Assembly: GCF_001194135.2 (NCBI RefSeq)
Contig: NC_068989.1
Span: forward strand, 48,861,932-48,925,931
Origin: Octopus bimaculoides
Lineage: Eukaryota
Direction: 5' to 3'
DNA: 64,000 bases
Translations under genes and position numbers: made by a program
Notes under the pieces: generated by a model
What the model was told of the DNA's origin: nothing
Seen by the model: only the letters and a program-made list of their open reading frames with translations
Database searches by the model: none
Shown here: positions 53,363-64,000 of the stretch, in pieces
Position numbering within the stretch: the first letter of the stretch is position 1
Layout of the letters: every line of letters begins with the position of its first letter

Positions 53363-53889
53363 ATTCATATGAGGATATGTGTGTGTGCTAGTGTTTTACT
53401 TCACTATACTGATTTCTGTAGAACCAATAGCAATATATATATTTCAGTTTTATTTCTCAACAGTCCATCACTTCAATATACAAGACTCTATACAAGCAAC
53501 AACATTTTTCCACCTAATTTGCATTTGTTAGCATTCTTTCTTTGTGTGAAGTCACTTGTACAAAGCACATACATTTATGGCAAAGTACATTTCTAATCTA
53601 TAGCACATAAACCTATAAACCAGTAAGTAGCTTAGAAGACATGTAGACATATTTTCACCATTCTGAATCACTCATCATTGGTTAGACTTTAACAATAACA
53701 CAAAGACATATATATGTATATATACACAGATGCATAAGTAAATGTTTTTGCAATTACATCTCCATCCCACACACACATATATAACCAATGCCAGCATGGC
53801 AAAATGGATGTAAAAGCTATGGAATATATACAATTATGTGAGTGTATATAAGCAATCTATCTATCTATCTATCTATATAAATATAATAG

Positions 53890-53948
<59 letters not shown>

Positions 53949-54030
53949 TATAGACACACATCAAGAATATTTTCCCACAATATTGATATTACACAGTCCA
54001 TGTGTCTGCAAGAGTTTAAAACTGACTTAC

Positions 54031-54104
54031 CGTAAATGCTGTTCATAATTCCGAGGCCGATCAAGTTCTGCAAGAATTTTTTCACGAATATTGTCCCAGT
54101 ACCC
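54031..54104 (-). CDS. Internal coding exon (74 nt) of an unidentified host gene; GYWDNIREKILAELDRPRNYEQHL(R)
   Basis: Minus strand: acceptor ttatatgttattttcag|GGG and donor CG|gtaagtcag. Frame 0 is open with AT-rich third positions; CpGs are retained. A second open frame (GTGTIFVKKF...) is GC3-rich and less likely. Protein family not recognised. Confidence 0.7.
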
Positions 54105-54801
54105 CTGAAAATAACATATAAAAATAATTTTATGGATGTTATTGTACTGAAAAGGTAGACTACACAGTTTAAACATTAGCAATTTTTTTTTTGTAGCTTA
54201 ATTAGATGTGAAAGGGTAGTGCCCATAACATTTTGCAAGGCTTTCAAAATTGGTTGGGTGTAAAGGAAAAATGGACTATGGCTCACAGGATATCCCTCAG
54301 GCTGGAGACCTGATATGTATGTCTGAAATGAACTGGACTCTACTGATGGTCAGATAGCATCCATCTGCTGCATTCACGTAGCATCTGTTAAGTCAGTTTC
54401 ATTTACAATGCTAGAGTCAATCTGGAGTTTAAGGAGAAGACACTTGCTCAAGGTGCTGCATAATGGGATTGAAACTGGAACAACCATGATTACAAAAAGT
54501 TCCTAATTACATAGTCATAACTGTGAGATTACATTAGGATAAAACAGTACAATGAAGGCTAAGAAAGAGCTTTAACTTTCTATAATATAAGTTAAGTCTA
54601 ACAATTTCAAGCCATTTAAGATATTTTATTGTAACAGAACCTATAACACTCAAGTCAAAGTGGGAGCTTCTAAGTGACTTTTTGACCTGGTAAAAATAGT
54701 TGCCAAATTTTCCTGAAATCACATTTTCAATAAAGGACATATTATATGTGCAAATTGTAAGTTAGAGCCTCTTCAAGGTCATTCAGTTAAATCTTCTTTA
54801 A

Positions 54802-55007
54802 CCTTTTGGCATTCAAATATAAAATTTATTTATTCATACTGTTTTGAATAATGTATGCAATACCTAATAGCTTTGAGATTTCAATGATGTGATTGTCTAT
54901 TTTTAGAATGATGCTGTAAGGTAGATGTGAGAGGCTGAATCTGGCCAGTGTGAACATAAAAAAAGTAGAATATTTGGGCCAGATTGGCTAATTTAAATGC
55001 AATAGGG
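54802..55007. mobile_element. piggyBac-type MITE (206 bp), inverted homologue of 24382
   Basis: TTAA on both sides; CCTTTTGGCATT / AATGCAATAGGG; shared internal gatgtgagaggc..atctggcc. Confidence 0.7.
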
Positions 55008-55384
55008 TTAAGCTACACACGGCACTCCAACAGTTTTATAAAAAATAAGGCAAAATATAAGGTAGTACCACAAATGTTATATCTGAATATAAGCTCAGAT
55101 GATAACGGATGGAATGCTATTGATCAAATGCCTCTCAAATCAAGGCTGGTTTGGGATTAAATACAACAGTAACTTATAAGCTACCATTGTTCAGTACTGT
55201 TTCTATATCCCTTTCTTTCCCCACTAAACCTAATAATTCTATCATCTTGTCTAACATCCTCATGCCATAACTGTTTCTTTTACCCACCCTATACTAAATA
55301 TATTTATTAACCTTTCTGTCTTTGTCACTAGATCTATCTGGAACTGCTAACTCTAAATCTCTAATTACTAAACTGAAACAGATT

Positions 55385-55862
55385 AAATTGGACACAGATT
55401 TACCTTCACAAACTGGATATCAAGACAAATTGCTTATCTTTATCTATTAACTGGATGTTAACAGCATACAGTGATCCACTTTCATGCCATAAGCAATGAC
55501 CACAAATACTGAGACACCTTTATAAAGTGGACATTAACAACTGATACTGACCCATTCTCATAAGTGTGTTTTAAATCCAAGTTTTGACATTAATCCTAGA
55601 TGCTGCTGCAATTTCACAAACTGGATGTTAACCACAGAGGCTGATCCACCTTTGTAAAATGGTCATTAAACCTAGACAATGTCTATCTTCATAAAGTGGA
55701 CACTGATCAGAAGTGGACATTAATACCAAATAATTTGTAAAGTGTACATCAACTATAAGTATTGATTTGTCTTAAACTGATCATAACTGATCGTGAATAT
55801 TGATTCATTTCAAATAACTGGACATTAACCTATACATTGACTACCTTTAAGTATGTATTAAA
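55385..55862. repeat. Highly degenerate about 38-bp tandem array (about 12-13 units)
   Basis: aa(c/g)tgga(c/t)(a/g)ttaa motif at about 55410, 55448, 55524, 55618, 55656, 55693, 55738, 55774 and 55815, with related intervening sequence. Confidence 0.6.
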
Positions 55863-56689
55863 CTCAGGCAATGATGTAATCAATAAACAACAACTCAATG
55901 AGGTAGTCTGTATACAGTCACTTGGCCTGCTAGAAATAGCAGCTGAGTTTCCTTTAAATCTCATTATTCCATCTGAAAACAAGGACATATTGAATAATGT
56001 GGTCTTTGATGTCCTACATCTGAATAAAAGATGAGATGGTTACAGTTAAGATGTCTTTGATCAGAAGTCTGTTCAAGAAGTACTGACCTGAGGTTAAACA
56101 ACTATACAGTCAATGAATAAAATTGAAATTAGCAGTTAAACTAGTTATAGTGAAATGAGTATTAGTTAGTAATGGGAGGGAAGCAATAAAGAGAAAAGCA
56201 GATGAACATCAATTAGTAACCAAAATCAAGACAGATTAAGTTTTAGAAATGAAAAAACAAGAGTTGAATTTACAATATGAATTTGTATGACAAAAGAGTT
56301 GAGAAAATTGTGTGACTAAAAGCTAACAGCTAAGATTTTAATGAGAAAATTCCCTTCAGAGATTCATTGTCAAAAATAGAATTACACAATTGTGACTTTT
56401 GTCAAGTATCTTTAGATATTCTTCAGAGATTAATAAAGTAATTTACAGTATACACAACAAAATCAAGTATGTCAGTATAGCAAGTAATTACCAATATCAT
56501 TCTGTTTTATGTTCATTGTATGCAAGCACTGTGCACATAGTCATAACCATATCTATCTGCATCTGTTCAAACACACACATACATAAATTTTCAGACAAAT
56601 AAAGAGATTTCAAATTAAACCTTCAGACACCAGACCACTTCAGATAAATTATACAATGCTATGACTATGAACTAAAGTCTGTGAAGAAT

Positions 56690-56910
56690 TGCCATTGTGT
56701 GAAAGAGAGAAAACTCTGCTGGTATGGTCATGTGGTATGAATGGATGAAGAGTGTTGATAGCTAAATGTGAAAGGAACCAGTGAAAGAGGAAGACTTAGG
56801 AAGATGTTGGCTGAGATGGTGAAGATTGACCAAGATGTTGAGCCTCTCAAAGGGCACGGCAGGGAAACTGAGATGAATGTTGATATGCTGTGCTTGAGAA
56901 GACCTGTTCA
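56690..56910 (+). mobile_element. Old RTE ORF C-terminal remnant
   Basis: KERKLCWYGHVV, VKGTSERGRLRKM, ...tatgctgtgcttgagaagacc as at 21101. Confidence 0.7.
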
Positions 56911-57150
56911 TCTCAGCAGAATTGAGGTTTTATCAGACTTTCCCTACAACTTATCTTCTAACACACACTTTTCTATAACTCTTCTATGTCACCCTATACC
57001 CTTCACTCCTCTCTCAGCTGAATTAATATTCTCTGCACACCAAGTTTTTCCTTATCTCTAAACATCTGCCATACAATCTCCACTCAGGGCATTTACCTAC
57101 ACATCCACATTTTCTGTCTCATATTAACCTTGTACTTGGGCCTTACACCA

Positions 57151-57190
<40 letters not shown>

Positions 57191-60100
57191 GTGGGCAAGT
57201 CATATATTCACCTCTTCAGCAAGACATCTGCTCTTTGTCTCTCTATCATAGTTTGTTATCCCTTCATTCTATACCCCACTAAGTTGGGGGACCTCATCTT
57301 GCACTTACATACATACATACCCTTTGTAGGAAGAGTTTATTCATTTTATTAATAATGTTGTTTAATTACTAGCTATGTAGCTATAAGTTAATACTTATAT
57401 TTGATGTTGTTATTTTAATAATAAGCAGGTGTTGGTGTAATGGGCATATTGCATTAATGTTTCACTCCTGCTGCTCATCTATTGATTGCTAGGCAGTATT
57501 TATGTATATAATACTGTTAACATGGCTAGATTGAATGGTACTGCTTGGGTGTCAAAACTATAATGATATCTGTTAGGCAGATGAAGATAGAAATGTTTGT
57601 TAGATGTGCTTGTTTGTGAATCTTTTATATCTTGGGGCCTTGTTATTCTGATTTGTTCTTTATTCTTGAAAGAGTAAACAACATTTTTGGATTACTGGTT
57701 TATAGTGATTATATATACTAACATTGTTTGATTGAATTCATGGATAATCTTATTGGACAAGGATAATACTTAATTGATAGCTTCTAGTTTTGGGAGATCT
57801 ATATATGTATATATTTGTGTGTGTGTGTGTGCTTGTGTGTACAGGTATATGGGGGGGGGGAGAGAAATAAATAGCTAAATAGTTACATATATACATAAAC
57901 AGATGAACTACAAAGATACATGCATCCATATATCAACATATACATCAAACACATACACATGCATTCATGCACACACACACATGCACACAATACTAAGGCT
58001 CCAAATTTCTTGACATTGTGCTTTCTGCATTAGTTCTCTGAAGCAGTATCAAAGTGAACATTGTAACATTTACACATGAATGAGAGAATAAACACACTAT
58101 ATTCACATATGTACTTTCACTCTTCCAGGTATAATGCAACACATGTGCATGCATGCATGTATACATTTACACATACATGCATACACACACACACACACAC
58201 ACACACACGCATGTGTGTGTGAATATATGTATGCATACGAGCGTGTCGCAACATAAATATATATGGATTGACAACTGCAGTGAGCCTTTGTCTGAAAACT
58301 TTTATCCAGCACTTCAAAAGTCTACTTGATTTTTGATGTGTTAGTTCAACTTCAGAGCAATTTTCAAGATTTCCGAAAAGGATATTTGTTTCAAAAGCTG
58401 TTTCTGACACATACACCATTCACAAAACATTCAAAGAGAAAGCAAAATACAAAGAGAGAAAAAAAAATCAAACTAAAAGTAAAACATAAAACATAGATAA
58501 AATTAGCTGAAACAGATTAAATTTGATTTGTGGATATAGAATCATCTAATTATGTTTCGAATTCCACATGACCTGCACTTGACGTTTTAATTTCAGAATT
58601 GTGTGTGTGTCTGTGTGTGTGCACGTGTTAGTGTCATTATCATTATTATTTTGTCCACTCTCCACACACATGGGTTGGAGTATACACACATCATATATAC
58701 AGATATACACCACACACACACACACACACACACCATACATCATTTTAGACACGCATGTTGGATAACTAATTTTTCACCCAAACTGATACAGGATTTTATT
58801 TTTGAATTGGCTGAACGGAATAAATTACTGTCTGGTATCATTCAGAACTAACTGCAAACACACACACACACGTCTAAAAATATGAAGGATTACCGATTGG
58901 TAGGACACAGTACAATAGATGTCATTTATAGATTTCATTGAGATTACAAAGGTAAAGAAATGGAACTTTAGTTGTGTTGGCCAACATTAGTGATTAGTTG
59001 GGGTTTTTATTATGAGGTGATGGTAGTGTTGGTGGGGAAGAAAAAATACGTAAGTCAGCTTTGTTTGACATGAAAAGAACAAAATGGCTGTTCATACAAA
59101 TGATCACTGACCAAAATGTCAAAGAGAGTATTTAGAATGGATAGAAATAACACAGCAGGATGATGATAATGAATATTATTTTGATGATGATAATGATAAT
59201 GATGATAATAACTTCTTTCTTTGCCTCAAGATCAACAAAGAGAATAAAATATAAACAAGTTTATAACAATAGTAATTCTATTAGTATTATTATTATTGTT
59301 GTTGTTGTTGCTGCTGTTATTGTTGTTGCTAAAAAAAGAACACAAAATAATTATAACTTAATAAAAAAAAGCATAATGATTGAAAATGTAAACACAAATT
59401 GCATAATCCATCCACACACATAAATACTTGTCTGCTATTTATTTTGAACTTGGGTGTACCTAAAGTTGCCTGTAATAATTTTACTATGGTAAAAAAAAAA
59501 AAAAAATGCATCCAATCTCCTCTGATTTTGCTGGGGTTTTTTTTATGTATTGTGATAAATTATTAGTGTTCTTTTCTTCCATGTCCTAATTTTTGCAGTT
59601 GTGTCTAGTGTATAGTAATTAAATGTATATGATTATTGAACAAAGCAGCTTCTGAAATGTACCAAAATAAGAATTTATAAATACCTGGGTCACCAATTTC
59701 AATGTTTGTGTTTAAAACTGTAACTAAACTGTAGAAACATTTCCTAATGCCAGGATGGAAAACAGACATTAAATTATGATGATGATGATGATGATGATGA
59801 TGATATATTTGTAGGAATTTGGGCTCAGAAAATTATCAGGTATAAGACACTGAAAACATTATTTGAGTCCTAAATTGCAAATCTGAGGCTTATAACCCTG
59901 CACAATTTAAATTATCAAGAAATCTCCCCTGAAGTCGAAAGAGATATTATGATAATCAGTTAAAAAATTGCAAGGGGTTAGACCAAATCCTTAAGTATGT
60001 CACAGTTTATTGCATGCATTGAGAAAGTTCTATCAATGCACACTACAATGAAGTGATGAGAGAGGAAACTTTCTATCCAAGAAATAAGAGACAGATGAAG

Positions 60101-60751
60101 CTGAAGAGTGAACAATTTAACAAGGAAGTTTTGTAGATTGATCCTAAATTCTCCTTTTCATACAGAACATCACACTCATCATCAAGTTTGTAAAAGCCCA
60201 GCTTGCATATCAGGGACCCATTCATAATTTGCAAGACTGTGGAATTCATATTAGCCCATGAGCAAAGTCCTTATTTCTTCTCCTTGTCTTAATTGTTATT
60301 AATACAGTAGTAGCAAGTGGGTGGCAGTGTTACCATACTGGACAAAATACTTTATAGCATTTTTTTTTTTGGCTCCTTATGTTCCGACTTACAATCTTGT
60401 CACAGTCAACTTTGCTTTTCACTGTTATGAGGTTGATAATTAATGACTTGGTGCCAAAATTTGAAACCATTATCTATTATATAAAATAGACCTGTGTGTG
60501 TGTGTGTGTATTCGCTTTCCACACGAAAATGGCTGCACAAATTGGTTTCATACTTGAGATGTATGAATAATTTGACTTCGGATACATAATAGGGTCTTTA
60601 TTTTATTTTTTTATTAAAAATAAATAAATAATATTGCTTTATATAAGATTTAACTTTTTCAAAAAGGTTTTTCAATGTTAACTTCCAGTACCGACATATC
60701 AACCGTGGCTACCTAGACACACACATGTATGTCTGACATAGCAACTGAGGT

Positions 60752-60782
<31 letters not shown>

Positions 60783-61015
60783 CTGTCTGCCTATCTATTT
60801 AACTATGTGTGTGATCATTTTTCATGTGAAAACGGCTGCACAAATTAGTACCATATTTGGGAGGCACATTCCCTATCTAAATCCTCATTGTACTTCCTCT
60901 CTTTCTATCTCTTACTCTATCATTCTCTCTTCATTCTGTCTAGTGTTTACCGTTGTAATGATGCCTGGTACCCAAAAAATTATTACAGCTACTTTCATTG
61001 TTTACAATCTTCTGT

Positions 61016-61496
61016 ACCTGTTTGTACCTCAGTGTGAAATAATTATTTTCCACAGGTTTTTATGAGTGCATTCAAAGTATTTGACCTCCAAACCCACCAC
61101 AAGCCACTTTTTTTCCAGAAAAGAGAGGAAGGGAGGGATCAAAAAATGATATCACAGTGAAATATTGACAGGTCCTTTATTGCAAATAGCTGTTACGTGG
61201 AAGCAGGGCGTGCTAGAAACAGCAGCCAAATCTTTCCTTTTTCTGGAGGAAAGGAGCCATTTACATATGATTTTGATGTCACGTTCATTGAAAGTATGCG
61301 AAATAACTTAGAAAAGGAAAACAAAAACCTGCAAAACAAAACTCCATTGGTGGGAAACTCCAAGGTCACCACCACCCCTCTTCTCCTTTCTTTTCTGGTA
61401 AAAAGTGGTTTGCAGTGGGTTTGGAGGTCAGATATGTTGAATGCACTTGGAAAAACCCGTGGAAAAATATTATTTCACACCGAAGAATAAACAGGT
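61016..61496. repeat. Long imperfect inverted repeat (about 108-120-bp arms, 237-bp spacer)
   Basis: 61030-61137 versus reverse complement of 61375-61482, about 83% identity by manual alignment; extends to acctgttt/aaacaggt. Confidence 0.9.
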
Positions 61497-61625
61497 CCTT
61501 TACGAAATATTTACCTAGAAAGAAGGTGTCAAATTACACTACAAGCAAAGAGTACTGTATTAAGGCTATGAGTTTATAACCTGAGTGAAACTGGGTCCTT
61601 CTGCTTGTTATTAGTATTATTAAGA

Positions 61626-61848
61626 AGGTGGTGAGCTGGCAGAATCGTTAGCACACTGAGCAAAATGCTTAGTGGCGTTTTGTCTGTCTTTACATTCTGA
61701 GTTCAGATTCTGCTGAGGTCAACAATGCCTTTCATTCTTTTGGAGTCAATGAAATAAGTACCAGTTGAACACTGGGGTTGATGTAATCAACATATCTTCT
61801 CCTCCAAAGTTTCAGGTTTTGTGGCTATAGTAGAAAGGATTATTATTA

Positions 61849-61883
<35 letters not shown>

Positions 61884-62345
61884 AGCAGCAAGCTGGCAGA
61901 ATTGTTAGCTTGCCAGGCAAAATATTTAGTGAAATTTCGTCCATCTTTACGTTCTGTGTTCAAATTCTGCTGGGGTCAACTTTGCTTTTCATCCTTTTGG
62001 GGTTGATAAAGTACCAGTAGAACACTGAGGTCAATGTAACTGAATTAACTCCTTCCAAAAATTGCTGGCCTTGTGCCAAAATTTGAAACCATTATTTTCA
62101 TTATTATTATTATGATGATGATAATTAAGGCAATGAGCTGGCAGAATGATTAGCATGTCAGACAAAAATGATAGTGACATTTCTACCAGCATTACTTCCT
62201 GAGTTCAAATTCCATTGAGGTTGACATTGCCTTTCATCCATTCGGGGTCAATAAAATGACAGTTGAGCACTGGAGTCAATGTAATCAACTATTCCACTCT
62301 TCCAAAATTTCAGGCCTTGTAACTACTGTAGAAAGGATTATTATT
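61626..62345 (+). mobile_element. Head-to-tail array of three full-length (ATT)n-associated SINEs
   Basis: Copies at about 61626-61840, 61882-62090 and 62127-62340, joined by (ATT)n; two alternative 3' ends (gtagaaagg / tttgaaacc). Confidence 0.85.
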
Positions 62346-64000
62346 ATTTTACACATCTTTAGCTTGTATTGCATGGGCCTATGTACTGAGGAACAAGCCT
62401 AATAAATAATGCCTTTAGAAGATAGTAAGTTCTGCCAATAACAGTTAAAAAGCCTGTTGATATTTTTAAACTCAAAGATCAAATTTGAAAAATTACCTTT
62501 TACTGATTCAGAATACAAATTTGTAAACTTTAGAATACTTTTCTAATTCTAACAAGCCCTCAGTGAAATGGGAGCTGGTGTTAAGTTTCAACAAAGGTAA
62601 TGCATTCAAGTAACCTTTTGTTTGAAAAGTTGATTTACATCCATAATCTTATATTTAGCTCATTGCCTCAAAACTTACATTTAGTTTATTGTCTTATTTC
62701 GAAAGCTTCAAGTCCATTGCATCAAATATTAACCAAGAAATCCTGTCTTTGAGATGTCAAGCTCAAAAACTATAAACTGTCAAATTGACTTCAAATGTTC
62801 AAATTCACAACTCAACATCTTTAACATTTAGTCAGCTAATTTCTTTCAAAAGCTGACATTGATTGTCCAGAACTCTACAGAACTTTTATTTGGCTTCATT
62901 CTCCTTCCCAGTCTCTCTGATTGTAATGTCAGACAGATCAAGAGAAGAGTAGTCATTCCTTGTTAGAAGCTATTAGAAATTCTTACTCTCTATCTTATTT
63001 TATCTTTGTATGGTTTTATTGCAGCAACATTACTATGTTTATTATTTATTCATGTAAGTTTTTTTTCCTTTTTGTTTTAGCAATATAGTATTTTACCTTG
63101 TTCGATGATGTTTTTTCTTCTTCTTCTTTCTATTATTTCAGTTAACATTCTCAGGATAATTCACTTATTCTAGGTGAAGACTTTTTTTTGTAAATTACAC
63201 CTTTCAGCTATTCTTATTAAGTAAAGCAACAGTATTGAAGTTTCCAAAACATATCTTTGCAATTATTTTATTTATACTAGGATACCAGATTATTTAGTAT
63301 TTAAAAGTCAAAATGGTGGTTGTTTAGTAACAGGTCAGCACTGACTGAGCAGGACTATGATTAAATGTGTTCAAACCATAAGTTTACCATTTTTTAAAAA
63401 ATTCCCACGTCTACAAAGTTCACCATGTCTTTCCTCCATGAAAAGAAGTAACATGGTATTTCAGAGTAATTGGATTGTTATTTTCAATAAGTTGAACTAT
63501 CACACATGACTGCCCAGAAAGTTTCCTAATATAGAGAGAATAGTAATTTATGCTCTTGCTTATCAATTACAGGGATCAGTGACACTGCCATTCATATTTT
63601 GTGATTGAGAAATATATTGAAAAATTATTTAAATCAATGACAGATAAATAATAATGATCAATCAGTATGATAGTTCAATGTTTTAATGATAAAGCATGAT
63701 AAAACAAATATACCATGACAGAAAGTCATTGGATAAATTTTCTGATAAGTTTAATCTTGGGTAATGCATAAGTTAGTTGCTGTTTGCAAACCAAACATAC
63801 AGTCATTAATTTACTAGACCAATTGATTAGTACAGTAGAATTTTGCAGGTATCCCTGACAAAATTCACTTAGCTATATGATGTTTCTGGACAAGCTAACA
63901 ATAATAATCCTTTTCTTCAACACAGTTCTGATAGAACTCAGCACCAAGCACCAAATCACCAAACATCATTCTAAAACATGCAGTAATTCTAGTACCCTAT

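Noticed and set aside
58117-58419. 100-aa minus-strand ORF with ILFGNLEN (RhoGEF DH-like glimpse)
   Set aside because: Only a short motif resemblance; weak acceptor, no good donor, and the ORF runs into microsatellite.
61197-61490. 97-aa plus-strand ORF
   Set aside because: It runs into the inverted-repeat arm, has no recognisable domain and no splice support; treated as part of the IR finding.
62680-63660. Possible hAT transposase remnants (FCRVLDN on minus; FPNI..KNYL..MTD on plus)
   Set aside because: Too decayed, on opposite strands and with no TIRs; cannot be supported without an HMM search.

Overview
AT-rich animal genomic scaffold with more than a dozen N-gaps, most of them flanked by microsatellites. 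The repeat complement points to a coleoid cephalopod, probably Octopus (inference): tRNA-headed CORE-type SINEs, (ATT)n-tailed SINEs, RTE LINEs with (GAT)n tails and very dense TA/CA/GA/AAT repeats. There is no intact long ORF. Most ORF-track entries are microsatellite or N-gap artefacts, and the rest are mainly decayed TE fragments. The window looks like large introns of an unidentified minus-strand gene: one well-supported 74-nt exon (54031-54104) and two phase-compatible candidates (49658-49738, 46151-46196). Mobile elements include RTE, Tx1/L1, R4/Dong-like (REL) and CR1-like LINE fragments, a truncated mariner transposase, TTAA-flanked piggyBac-type MITEs, hAT MITEs with 8-bp TSDs, a Helentron-type non-autonomous element and many SINEs. 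The most interesting unexplained signals are three minimal hammerhead-ribozyme-like motifs (two sharing a non-canonical A6U core), a 98-nt pri-miRNA-like hairpin, two longer inverted repeats, a nested TE stack built on (AAT)n/(ATT)n microsatellites, and a Tx1 copy whose RT catalytic segment is replaced by an inverted piece of its own 3' end. Coordinates and identities were read by eye; no searches were run.
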